From Octopus sinensis (lineage: Eukaryota), in contig NW_021831834.1 in assembly GCF_006345805.1 (NCBI RefSeq), positions 1 through 64,000 of the forward strand: 64,000 bases of DNA. Direction: 5' to 3'. Positions 51,295-63,780 of this stretch are shown one piece after another (positions within the stretch are counted from its first letter, which is position 1; every line of letters begins with the position of its first letter). The notes under the pieces are model-generated. The model saw nothing but the letters and a program-made list of their open reading frames with translations, was not told the origin of the DNA and searched no databases. Both the position numbers and the translations under genes were made by a program.

Positions 51295-52780
51295 ATCATC
51301 ATCATCAGCATCATTTAATGCTTGTTTTCCATGCTGGCATAGGTTGGATGGTTTGACTGGGGACTGGCAAGCCAGGAGGTCACACTAGGCTCCAATCTCA
51401 GTTGGTAATGTTTCTACAGCTGGATGCCCTTCCTAACGCCAACTACTCTAAGAGTGTAGTGGGTACTTTTTATATGCCACCAGCATGGGAGCCAGTCAGC
51501 GGCACTAGTATTGGCTACATTCAGATGGTGTTTTTTATGTCCCACCAACACAGGAGCCAGTCGGGGCAGGGCCTGGCACTGACCATGTTCGGATAGTGTT
51601 TTTTATGTACCACTGGCACAGGGAGCCAGTCAAGCAGATCTGGCAATGACACATGCATGCATGGTGTTTATTGCATGCCACCAGCACAGGATCCAGTCAG
51701 GTGGCACTGGTATCAGCCACAACTACAATTGCCATTTGATTGTGATTTTATTTGATTTTGATTTGATTTTGGTTTTGATTTACTTGACTCAATAGGTCTC
51801 AAGTAGGGCAGGTCACCTGATGATTCAAAGGTACTTTTTTAAGTGGGCTGGTTATGTGATACTGGTGTAGGCTATGGCTGTGATCTCACTTTACTTGCGG
51901 GTCTTCTCAATCATAGCATATCTCCAGAGGTCTCAGTCTTTCGTCATTACCTCTGTGAGGCCCAACATTTGAAAGGTCATGCTTCACCACCTCATCCCAT
52001 GTCTTCCTGGGTCTACCTCTTCCATAGGTTCCTTCCACTGTTAGGGAGTGACACTTCTTCACACAGCTCTCCTCACCCATATGTAGCACATGACCATACC
52101 AGTGCAGGTGTCAATCTTGCACACCACATCTGATGCTTCTTAATTCCAACATTTCTCTCAGGGCACTTACACTGTCGTGTGGGCATACTGACATTACACA
52201 TCTAGCTGATCATACTAGCTTCATTTCTTTCGAGCTTACACATGTCTTCAGCTGTCACAGCCCATGTTTCACTGCTGCGTAGCATGGCAGTTCAAACACA
52301 TGCATCATACAATCTACTTTTCACTCTGAGCGAGTCACCAGCAGAGGTAGGAGCTTTCTGAACTTTGCCCAGGCTATTCTTATTCTAGTGGCAATGCTTT
52401 CTGAGCATCCACCCTCACTACAGCTTTGGTCACCAAGGTAGTGGAAGCTATCAACTACTTCTAGTTTCTCCCCCTGGAATGTGATGGAATCAGTTCTGAA
52501 CATCTGCAGTGTTTATTGCCCCTGTGCATCTGCCATACACAAAAGCCATCTTCCCAGTTAGCCTTCCTTTGATGTTACTGCACCTCTTATGCATCCATAG
52601 CTTACACTGGGTACATCTTATGGAGTTTCTACCTACACCTTTTCTACAGATCAAGCAGGGCCATCTACCTGAAAGGGTTTGTGATGTGTTCACCTTCCTA
52701 CTTACTAGGACTTTGGTTTTTGCAACATTGATTCTAAAACCCTTCGATTCTAAACCTTGCTTCCACACCTGAAATTTCTT
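51295..52780 (-). mobile_element. RTE-clade LINE 3' portion (~1.5 kb), degenerate
   Basis: WPCLICRKGVGRNSIRCTQCKLWMHKRC Cys-rich insert, LEVVDSFHYLGD, GRGRPRKTWDEVV, then the UTR and (GAT)n; small related pieces at 50095-50265 and 63790-64000. Confidence 0.85.
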
Positions 52781-54188
52781 CTATAGTATTGTTAAATATT
52801 AAATATAAATAAATATGACTTAAATTAAGAACTGGGGGTCAATCTGTTTAGCTAAAGCCTTCAAGGTAGAATCCCAGCTGAGCTTCGGTCTAATGACTGA
52901 AATGAGTAAAAGATGAAGATAAAAGATAAATTCCTTACTTTACTATTAAAATATAGAAGACATCAATATGATTCTAACCAATCTTAAATGGTTTTTTATC
53001 TCCGTATTTCAACAACAATTAGTGGAACATCAATAGTTTTTCTGCACTCACAAGCATTTGTATAAATTTGTCTGTTTTTACTGAGGGGCTACACTAATTT
53101 TCTATGTATTGTTCCAGTTTTATTACATGTGTACTGCCAAAAATTTATACATTTTTGGACGCTGGCCAAATTCTTTAGACACATGAAATTATTATTAAAA
53201 AAGAAATTTTAAAACCTTATGTAACTTCTTCAAGGACCGTGAATCAATATGATGGTAAACTTAACTATTCAACAAACAGATATTGATCAAATGACTAAAA
53301 TTCTTGATGATAGAAGCCAAAAAAGGAGATATATGTGAACAACAACATAATGTCTATGATGATAAATTTTCTGTGAGAAATGTGGAGAAGTAGTCACCTA
53401 CATATATATATTTATATATATATCATTCAACTATGGTAGTAGTTGAATAATATTCTTAAGGCCACATGCAGAATCTTTTAGAGATTGTCACTAATTCAGT
53501 TCTTAACTAAATTGAAATCTCTTAACAGTTTTGAAGAGGAATGGTCCTTAGCTACATTTTGGCATAAAAAATTGAAATTTGATCTGGTAGAAAAAAGTTT
53601 ACATCAAAATTTGTAGCAATGTTATAAGAGAGGAAGTAACACCACCAATCAAGTTTAGATCTAAATAACTTTTTTATTTTAAAACCAAAATATATTTCCC
53701 TTAGTTTCAATGATAGAAGAAAGCATGAAGAATTTCATAATTTTGGTCCCATGCAACAAAAATTTGTATCAAAAAAGTTGTGAGGTAAAACATCATAAGA
53801 AAATATATGTAAGGCAAAAAACTGGATTTAAGTATAATCAACTTTTTCATTTTAAAAACAAACTATATTTTAATAGAGCTCAATTCTAGGAATTTCATGG
53901 TATCAATCTCATGTAATGAGGTTTTAAAAGAAAAATGTTATGAGTGTTTGTTTCTCAAATTTGAGGGTGATAATATAGTTCTATACTTTTTTATGAATAT
54001 AGCTCCATAAGGGGACTTTTAATATGTCACTGGTGTCATTGAGGTAAGGAAAAATTTATCAAACTGAAAATGGCTCTGAAAATATGGTAAATATTTCATA
54101 AAAGACCCGTTCATAACTTCGGTGTGAAATAATTTTTTCCATAGGATTTTTTTGAGTGCATTCAACCCATCTCACCGCCAAAGGTTTA

Positions 54189-54289
54189 GCTGCTATTTCT
54201 AGCACGCCTTGGTACCATGTAACAGCTATTTGCAATAAAGGATCCAAAATAGCTGTTACATGGTAGCAGGGCGTGCAAGAAATAGCAGC
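54189..54289. repeat. Hairpin with the AGAAATAGCAGC motif (fold-back family)
   Basis: GCTGCTATTTCT..GTACCATGTAACAGCTATTT / AAATAGCTGTTACATGGTA..AGAAATAGCAGC. Confidence 0.75.
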
Positions 54290-54542
54290 CAGATCTTACC
54301 TTTTTGTGGAAAGGTGCCGTTTATGTGTGATTTCAATGTCACATTCGAAAATAGCCAAGCCAGCATATAATGGGAAAAATGCTTTGAAAGTAATGTACCA
54401 CTGAAATGTGAATACACAACAAAAGTTTTGCATAAATTGGACCGTGGATTTCTGAGATACATGGTTTTTTTGGGTACCTTGAACTATTGGTGACCCAACA
54501 TGTCACAAGTAGTCTAGTATATATATATATATATATATATAT

Positions 54543-54788
54543 AAATGAAAAATAGGATAAAATATTTATAAGAATTTATCAAGTAGTTAGCGTGAAAAAC
54601 CTCATAAGGGAAAAATTTAAGTATTCCTTTTAAATATATTTATTTATATTAAGGGCATTACTATACATAAATGCCTCAGGCTAGGAGGGACTCTTAAAGT
54701 CAAAACTAACATAATAAACATTATTATAGTAGTTTTGACTTTAAGAGTCCCGCCTAGCGTGATGCCTTTATGTATAGTAATGCCCTTA

Positions 54789-54793
<5 letters not shown>
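54543..54793. mobile_element. (TA)n-flanked fold-back element
   Basis: Inverted repeat 54645-54793 plus a ~100-bp tail between two (TA)n tracts. Confidence 0.65.
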
Positions 54794-54831
<38 letters not shown>

Positions 54832-54901
54832 CATAACTACTGACACTATCATCATCATTTAACATCCATTTTCCATGATGCTGCTGATGTCAATAGTCAT
54901 G

Positions 54902-54935
<34 letters not shown>

Positions 54936-57139
54936 TGACCTTGATGTGTGAAATTGGTTGACTGAGCAAAGCATGATAAATCTAGATTACTAGTTAAAAG
55001 TTTTTCTGAGCTAGATTTCAATCCTCCTCCTCCTTCTCTTACTCGTCATCATCGTCGTCACCACAACCACCACCACCACTGTCATCATTTTATGTCTGGC
55101 ATGAGTTGGGTAGTTGACTAAGTACAACCATTTATATCTTCCATCAAAACCTGTGGTTTTGTGCATATGTTAGAATTCAGTAATTTATTTATATATTTTT
55201 TTTGAAACAAATTATTGATTACAGGCATAAACATGGCTGTGTGGTGAAGAAGTTCATTTCCAAACATGTAGTTTTGAGTTCAATTCCACAATGTTGCACC
55301 TTGGGTAAATGCTTTCTACTATAGCTCTAGGTTGATCACACCTTTGAGAGTAGGTTTGGTAGACAGAAACTGAAAGGAAGGGCTTAAGCACCAACTGATC
55401 GTGGCCATTGCCAGCCTCGCCTGGCACCTGTGCCGGTGGCACATAAAAAGCACCCACTACACTCATGGAGTGGTTGGCATTAGGAAGGGCATCCAGCCGT
55501 AGAAACACTGCCAGATCAGATTGGATCCTGGTGCAGCCTCCCAGCTTCCCAGACCCCGGTCGAACCGTCCAACCCATGCTAGCATGGAAAACGGACATTA
55601 AACGATGATGATGATGATGATGAAATATTTGCATACATCTGCATATGCACGTAAATATTACAATCGCGTTTGCTGCAGTATTTGCATTACAATTACAAAA
55701 ATTTGCATTTCTTATTTAAACTGTTCAATTTCTCATGCTCTTTCACCTTCTTTTTGTTTCTCTCTTTCTCTGCAACCCCCCCCCATCACACTGGCTATAT
55801 AGTTTCTCTTTTGTCTGTAAACAAACAGTTCATTCATATGGTGTCATTTATTTCCACCATGCCCAGGCTGCTTCTTGTTTAATAAACTGAGAGATTATTA
55901 TCACATTTGGAAACAGGTTGGAGTTGGTATCAGGAAGGGCATCCGAATGTGCACAACTTTGCTCCAACATATGCTCATCTGACCCATGCAAGCATAAAAA
56001 AGTTGACATTAAAACAGTGATAATGATGATGGTAATGATGATGATGATGATGATGATGATGATGTAGCTTAGACATCTACAAATGCTCGTAAATATTACA
56101 ATGATGTTCACTGTAATATTTGCATTTCTTATTTAAACTGTTCAACTTCTCACACATTTTCACTTACTTTTTTTTTTACTTTATCTGCCTCCACCCCCAC
56201 CCCAACACAATCTTCATATTTTCTCATTTGTCTCTCCCTGAACTGTGAGGTCAAGCTATTGCTCATTGATTAGCAAATAGCCCCATTGTTTTGTTACATG
56301 CAATTCTTTATTCTATGAAATAAGTACAATAATATATCAGACAACAGACTCTATCTCTATTCTTGCAGCGTTCAACCAATCATTATAACTTTTCCCTCCA
56401 CTTACAACTGACCATATAAGGAGTTACAAACAGTATTAATTTGAACCATCAAGAGAGCCTCTATCATCATCATCATCGTTTAGCATCCGCTTTCCATGCT
56501 ACCATGGGTTGGACGGTTCAACTGGGGTCTGGAAGGCCAGAAGGCTTCACCAGGCCCAGTCAGATCTGGCAATGTTTCTACGGCTGGATGCCCTTCCTAA
56601 CGCCAACCACTCTGTGAGTGTAGTGGGTGCTTTTACATGCTAGACGAGGCTGGCAAACGGCCACGATCAGATGGTGCTTTTACATGCCACCGGCACGGGG
56701 GCCAGGCGAGGCTGGCAATGGCCACGATCGGATGGTGCTTTTTACGTGTCACCAGCACAAGGCCACTCGGGGCGGCGCTGGCAACGGACACGTTCGGATG
56801 GTTCTCTTATGTACCACTGGCACTGGTATCACAGCTACAAATTCCATTGATGTTGATCGATTTCGATTTGGCGGATTTTACCAATTATTTTCATGTTTTG
56901 ATTAGAGCTGCGGATTTTTGGGAGTGTATCGCGTTCATCCATACTGGTTTCTTTAATTTTCAGCCATTCAATCATGATTTGATTTTTTAGCTCATGTAGT
57001 TCTGTTGGGTCAATATTTGTGTTACTTTCTTCATCTATTTGATGTTCATCTGTCTTAGTGTTTATGATGGGTTCAGGGAGTATTTCACTTTGCCTATGAC
57101 TTATACTACCTCTTTCAATCCTTAGTGCGTTATTTCTGC

Positions 57140-57305
57140 ATCTTCTTCTTCTTCTTCTTCTTCTTCTTCTTCTCTTCTTCTTCTTCTCCATCATCATCTT
57201 CTTCTCCTTCTTCTTCTCCATCATCATCATCTTCTTCTTCTTCTCTTCTTCTTCTTCTTCTTCTTCTTCTTCTCTTCTTCTTCTTCTTCTTCTTCTTCTT
57301 CTTCT
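57140..57305. repeat. (TTC)n/(TCA)n microsatellite
   Basis: Seen directly. Confidence 0.95.
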
Positions 57306-58249
57306 CATTATTATTATTGAGTGAGAGAGCAGTGCATGCCATCAAAGTGACACTGGGATAAAATATACGAAGCCCAGTATACACATCATGACTACCCGTC
57401 TGATAAGGGTACACTAGGGAGTTTCATCACAACCATATGTGTGTGACATGATGATCTCATATCAAGATAAACAGCACATGACCTTGCAGGGGGGGGGGGA
57501 GGTCAGTTAGAATTTTCCTCTGGTTGAGTAATCCATCCCACTCAGTGGTTGTTTTATTGAACCAGCTTGAAAGAGTAACCAAATCTCCTTTGTTGCATTT
57601 TATTATGTTAAATATAGAGAGGATACATTGAATAATGTAAACCAATACAATCCTAAAAGAAAGGGTTATGGTTCAATGCCTTCAGCCATGAGGTGTACCT
57701 GATTGGTGTTGACCTAGATCAAACAACAACAGCAAATCATTCTGCCCTCAAATTTTTAACTGAAATTACAAAAAAAACTATGGTGTATATTAGAAACTAC
57801 AAAGCAAACTTACTTAACACCACCCTCTCTCTTGTTCACTCTCCAGGTTACACTGTAAACCATGTATGTATATCTCTCTCTCTCTCTCTCTGTATATAAT
57901 TTAAATAATGAGGGTGATAAACTGAATATTAATTTAATCAACATCAATTTAAAACCAGTAGCCTAGCATATAGAAAAATCTGAAAATTCAGAAAAATTGT
58001 ATTACATCCCTTCTTATACACATGTAATATATATATATATATATGTATGTATATATATATATATATATATAGATAAGAAAGTTTCTTTGGTAAAGCACAT
58101 GGGTGAATATACAAGAAAATAGTAAAGAGTGAAAAAACGACAGAAGGCTTAAATGTTAAAAAATATATATATTTGTGTCAAAATGTCTGGAGAATATTGG
58201 AAAAAAAATTTTTTCCTTTCCTTAAAAAGACATAATGTAAAAATTTTTA

Positions 58250-58289
58250 AAGAAATTACCGGTTTCGCGTGTAGCTTTTCAAATTTCTT
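58250..58289 (-). ncRNA. Identical inverted copy of the U3-A8 hammerhead
   Basis: Exact reverse complement of 58931-58970. Confidence 0.7.
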
Positions 58290-58550
58290 GTGACGTTATG
58301 TTTATATTGCATGGAGTTATCGTTGTATTTATTTTCAGGAGATTTCTAAATAAGGGGAGGTAGTGAGTGATTTCTTCCGGTGTAAGGGAGATAATCGCTT
58401 AAAAATTTTTTTCCTTTTCCCTTGTTAATTTCTCTGTGTCAGTATGTTCGGATGGTTGAGTCTGGGTTTGTACTTTTCAATGAAGAATGTTTCCTTGTTC
58501 AGTCTCATTTGTGTTGATGATCCGAAAGCACATTGGTAAAATGGGAAGAT

Positions 58551-58795
58551 TAACGGTAGATGGTAGATGCACACTGCATCGACAACAGATTGCATTCCCA
58601 GAATATAGAATGATACCTTTTAGTGAGCACATTGAAAAATGCGCAAAGCAACTACTGCCACAATTTTTAATCTTCCCATTTTACCAATGTGCTTTCGGAT
58701 CATCAACACAAATGAGACTGAACAAGGAAACATTCTTCATTGAAAAGTACAAACCCAGACTCAACCATCCGAACATACTGACACAGAGAAATTAA
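58551..58795 (+). pseudogene. C-terminal end of a Penelope-type GIY-YIG endonuclease
   Basis: TLHRQQIAFPEYRMIPFSEHIEKC..FLIFPFYQC..RLNKETFFIEKYKPRLN matches the recalled H..C / R..KE..FI..P.LN GIY-YIG C-terminal pattern of PLEs. Confidence 0.75.
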
Positions 58796-58930
58796 CAAGG
58801 GAAAAGGAAAAAAATTTTTAAGCGATTATCTCCCTTACACCGGAAGAAATCACTCACTACCTCCCCTTATTTAGAAATCTCCTGAAAATAAATACAACGA
58901 TAACTCCATGCAATATAAACATAATGTCAC

Positions 58931-58970
58931 AAGAAATTTGAAAAGCTACACGCGAAACCGGTAATTTCTT
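58931..58970 (+). ncRNA. Minimal type-I hammerhead, U3-A8 variant (predicted cleavage after GUA at 58963)
   Basis: Stem I AAGAAAT/ATTTCTT (7 bp); core TTGAAAA; stem II GC(TACAC)GC; GAAA; palindromic ACCGGT. Confidence 0.7.
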
Positions 58971-59104
58971 TAAAAATTTTAAAATTATGTCTTTTTAAGG
59001 AAAGGAAAAAATTTTTTTTCCAATATTCTCCAGACATTTTGACACAAATATATATATTTTTTAACATTTAAGCATTCTGTCGTTTTTTCACTCTTTACTA
59101 TTTT

Positions 59105-59139
<35 letters not shown>

Positions 59140-60887
59140 GATTACAATGGTTTTAGAACATCCACTACCACTGCGAATTGAATTACTTAAGTAACACAAT
59201 CCTTCAATTTCTTTTAGAGGATTGTGATTGTCCATTTATTTGAAAGAATCTATTTCAATGTGTTCTTAGGGTTTATTGCTTCCATTCATCTGCCACATAT
59301 TCATCTCCCTTCTCAGTTAGCCTGCCTGTGATTTCACTACATCTGTTTTACATTGGGGACATCATATCTTATGCATCTCAAGCATGTCCATTTCACTGAT
59401 GGTAGAAGAGTCCTTTTATCTGTTACTAGTTTCATTCATGAAAGTGTGACCATGCTGGGGTACTGCTCTGATGGGTTTAGTAGAACAAATCAACCCCAGT
59501 ACTGGTATTTTTAAATCTGGTACTTACTCTATTGGTCCTTATTGCTAAATCACAGGTTATCAAACAGTGGAGGGGACAAACACAAAGATACATACACATG
59601 CATGCATGTGTATGTGTGTGGTGCTGGTTGGTACTGGGAAGGGCATCCAGCTGTAGAAACTAGGCCAAAGCAAATTATGGGACCTTGTGCAGCTCCTAGC
59701 CTTGCCAACTCCTGTCATTCCATCCAACCCATGCCAGCATGGAAAATGAAAGTCAAATGATGATGATGATGATGTATATGACAGTGCTCTACACATTTTC
59801 TATCTACCAAAATCACTGACAAGGTGTTAGTCAGCTTGGGGTTATAGTAGAAGATACTTGCCCATGATGGTGCACACTGGGACTAAAACCAAAACCATGT
59901 GGTTGTAAAGCAAACTTCTTACCTGCACAGCCATGTTTGTTAGCTAATCTTTGAGGATTGTGAAGTTTGGGGCTTCCTTCTTGCTTTCCAGGTGTATTAT
60001 GAAAGGAAGTGTTAAAAGTCACAATCTAGATCGTAGGTGTGTGTCTTGCCTTTTATGATTCTTATTTCTTTATTTCCCACAAGGAGCTAAACATAGAGGG
60101 GACAAACAAGGACAGACAAAGGTATTAAGTCGATTACATCGACCCCAGTGCATAACTGGTACTTTATTTATCGACCCCGAAAGGATGAAAGGCAAAGTCA
60201 ACCTCAGCGGAATTTGAACTCAGAATGTAACGGCAGACAAAATACCGCTAAGCATTTCGCCCGGCATGCTAACGATTCTGCCAGCTCGCTGCCTTCAAAA
60301 TACTTGCCTTTTATGCTTCTGCCTTCTTTATGCAGTTTTTGGTGTCTTATTTTGGGAAGGGTGTTTGATTAGTGGGTTTACTTTCTGTTGTTGCTTGAGC
60401 ATGTTATTTGTGGTGGTTATTAAGATATGTGATGTAGTATCATCATCAATCATCATTATTTAACATCTGTTTTCCATGTTGTCATGGGTTGAACAGTTTG
60501 GTTGGGTCTGGGGAGAGGCAGGGCTGTGTCGAGCTTCAGCATCAGATTTAGCGTACTTCTTCAGCTGGATGCCTTCCTAATGCCAACCACCTTACAGTCA
60601 GCACTGAGTGCTGCTCTTGTGCTACAAGCACTTGTGAGATTATAAAGTAATTTGCAAAGCAGGAAAAAAATGAAGGGATGGCTGTTATTAATGCTGTTAA
60701 TTACTTCGAACAGTGTCTCACTGTTTATTTTGTGGCTTATGTACGATAAAAACGTTTGCTAGTTTTTTACATTTATTTATTGTATTTTCTGGAAGCTGAG
60801 TTTTTATTGTGTGATGTTACAATGTTATCCCAGTGTGGTGTGTAGTTATCCCTATTTTTATCAAATGGCTATTTTAGCTATGTAATT

Positions 60888-61186
60888 TTTAAAATTTATT
60901 TATGTGCCCTTTTCAAGCCTAGTTTCCTGGTCTCTGTGGTATATGTGTTCCCCCCAGCTGGATGGGATGCCAGTCCATCACAGCATTACTCAAAAAAGAG
61001 GAAGAGAGAGTGAGAGAAAGTTGTGGCGAAAGAGTATAACAGGGATCACTACCACCCCCTGTCGGAGCCTCATGGAGCTTTAGGTGTTTTTGCTCAATGA
61101 ACACACACAACGCCCTGTCTGGTAATCGAAACTGTGATCCTTCAACCACGAGTCCGCTGCCCTAACCATTGGGCCATTGTGCCTCC
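60888..61186 (-). mobile_element. tRNA-derived SINE with a 12-bp TSD
   Basis: TSD AGCTATGTAATT at 60876-60887 and 61187-61198; minus-strand TGGCCCAATGG A box and GTTTCGATTACC B-box-like motif. Confidence 0.8.
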
Positions 61187-61327
61187 AGCTATGTAATTAG
61201 GGACATATTTATGTCGTCAGGTCTCAATAAAGCATTCTTTGAATACATAGAGTATGACTGTAGCTAACAAAAAGTGTTGCTATGAATAAATACATTGGTG
61301 ACCAAAGTGTAATGTATAAAGACCAGG

Positions 61328-62054
61328 TATTATTGAGTGAGAGAGCAGTGCATGCCATCAAAGTGACACTGGGATAAAATATACGAAGCCCAGTATACAC
61401 ATCATGACTACCCGTCTTATAAGGGTACACTAGGGACATTCATCACAACCATATGTGTGTGACATGATGATCTCATATCAAGATAAACAGCACATGACCT
61501 TGCAGGGGGGGGGGGGGCTCAGTTAGAATTTTCCTCTGGTTGAGTAATCCATCCCACTCAGTGGTTGTTTTATTGAACCAGCTTGAAAGAGTAACCAAAT
61601 CTCCTTTGTTGCATTTTATTATGTTAAATATAGAGAGGAAACATTGAATAATGTAAACCAATACAATCCTAAAAGAAAGAGTTATGGTTCAATGCCTTCA
61701 GCCATGAGGTGTACCTGATTGGTGTTGACCTAGATCAAACAACAACAGCAAATCATTCTGCCCTCAAATTTTTAACTGAAATTACAAAAAAAACTATGGT
61801 GTATATTAGAAACTACAAAGCAAACTTACTTAACACCACCCTCTCTCTTGTTCACTCTCCAGGTTACACTGTAAACCATGTATGTATATCTCTCTCTCTC
61901 TCTCTCCCTCTCTCTCTCTCTGTATATAATTTAAATAATGAGGGTGATAAATTGAATATTAATTTAATCAACATCAATTTAAAACCAGTAGCCTAGCATA
62001 TAGAAAAATCTGAAAATTCAGAAAAATTATATTACATCCCTTCTTATACACATG

Positions 62055-62103
<49 letters not shown>

Positions 62104-62183
62104 ATATAAATGATTACAATGTTTTTAGAACATCCACTACCACTGTGAATTGAATTACTTAAGTAACACAATCCATCAATTTC
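61328..62183 (+). repeat. Local segmental duplication, copy 2 (empty site)
   Basis: Same flanks as copy 1 but only (TA)n between 62057 and 62108. Confidence 0.9.
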
Positions 62184-63240
62184 GCCTGGCATGCTAACGA
62201 TTCTGCCAGGTCGCTGTCTTCAAAATACTTGCCTTTTATGCTTCTGCCTTCTTTATGCACTTTTACACTGTAAACCATGTATGTATATCTCTATCTATCT
62301 CTCTCTCCCTCTCATTAGATATAGAGAGATCAGATATGAGTAAATACAGAATAAGGAAAAGAAAGAGAAGAGATATGAGAAGCTAAGTTAAACAAATGTG
62401 AACTGTTTGAGATGATCTCCAGAATATTATTGAGAGAGGAGGCACTGATTGCCATAGGTACAGAATACTTAAACACTTTTAATTCAGTTTTTAAGAAAAT
62501 TATTAGATGTCTAAATTTTAGTCAGTTCAGATTGGATCGTCCTTCCCATGACCATCTCATCTAATTATCAAACAATTTAACTAGGGCTATATTATCCAAT
62601 ATTTCAATCTTTTTAAAGACTGTAAGATATGGTTTGAAGAGAATTTACTTGCTATTTTTTGCAGGTTAAACGACCACATAGAAGTTCCTTTAGATTGGCT
62701 GTAGATGTAAGAGGTTATTTAGTTTTAAGAATTAGGCTTACCTCATTAATGTCTACATGCGTCCATAAAATATCAATGTGTGTTAGTTTCTTCCATTAGT
62801 AATTCCCATATACCTGAAACTGATGAGCCATTAACCCATATTACATCAGAAACCTTTGTTCCATAAGTAACTTTCTAGGACCAAAGTATTCTCTTCTCTT
62901 AAAATATTACCACGCAAAACTGAATGCATATAAAATCTAGTCACTTCTTCAGTGAAAGCTAATGTCTTGGTTATTCATTCTTCACAGTTATTCAAATCTG
63001 AAAACAGCTGACCTTGAAGGAAGTTTAAGACAACTGGCAATTAACTCAGTTGCTTGATGGTTAATTAAGCCATCAAGCCACTTACAATTAGCAAAAAAAG
63101 ATTACAGACAATCAAATGACTGATAATTAATCAATCACATATAGAGCAGGTGCTGCTCCCAACATTGCAGTAATTTTTTTATTGATAGAAAGAGAGAGGG
63201 AGGGAGGGAGAGAGAGAGAGAGAGAGAGAGAGAATATATA

Positions 63241-63780
63241 TACAGGTTGTCCCAAAATTAAGGCAACCAATTTTTTTCAATTTTGCCAAAGCAAAATATT
63301 GTTATATTTTGGGTCTGAGCATTGCAAAGCAATGGTAAAGGATACACAATTATGACACTACCACATTTATTCGATATGACCACCTCTGTTTCGAATCACA
63401 GCCTAGGTGTGAATGCTTCACACATGGCACACAGCTGTTCATGTGGAATTGAAGCCAATTCCTAGTGCAGTTTCATCTTCAGTGTGTTGAGCAAAGTATG
63501 AGGAGTGCTCAAGACCCTTGTCTCCAAAATGGATCTAACAGAAAAATCTAATTGGTTGAGATTGGGGCTTCTTGAGGGCCATGGATCCTTGCCTATGAAT
63601 GACAGAATGCTTTTCTGAATCCAGTGTTGTATCTGTTTGAAGCTGTTGGATGCTCCAAGGAGCACATTGAAAATGCTCTGAAGTGTAATGTCACACATCC
63701 GACAGCGTGTAAGTGCCCTGAGAGAAATGTTGGATATAAGAAGCATCGGATGTGGCATGCAAGAGAGATGTTTGTGCTGA
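63241..63780 (-). mobile_element. Tc1/mariner (maT-like) 3' fragment
   Basis: TA-CAGGTTGTCCC terminus at 63241; WPSRSPNLNQLDFSVRSILE motif; truncated by an RTE 3' end. Confidence 0.75.

Larger units (their letters stand above)
58071..59107 (+). mobile_element. 5'-truncated Penelope-like element with an inverted 5' duplication
   Basis: 441-bp inverted arms 58113-58553 / 58667-59107 (~99 percent identical); GIY-YIG C-terminal coding; hammerheads; inside (TA)n. Confidence 0.85.
57312..59211 (+). repeat. Local segmental duplication, copy 1 (filled site)
   Basis: 57312-58027 plus 59136-59211 match 61328-62057 plus 62108-62183. Confidence 0.9.

Noticed and set aside
56835-57414. Poly-R/E/K/F ORFs (also poly-I/M at 18.2 kb and CV/HT/YI-rich ORFs throughout)
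   Set aside because: Translations of microsatellites and SINE bodies.
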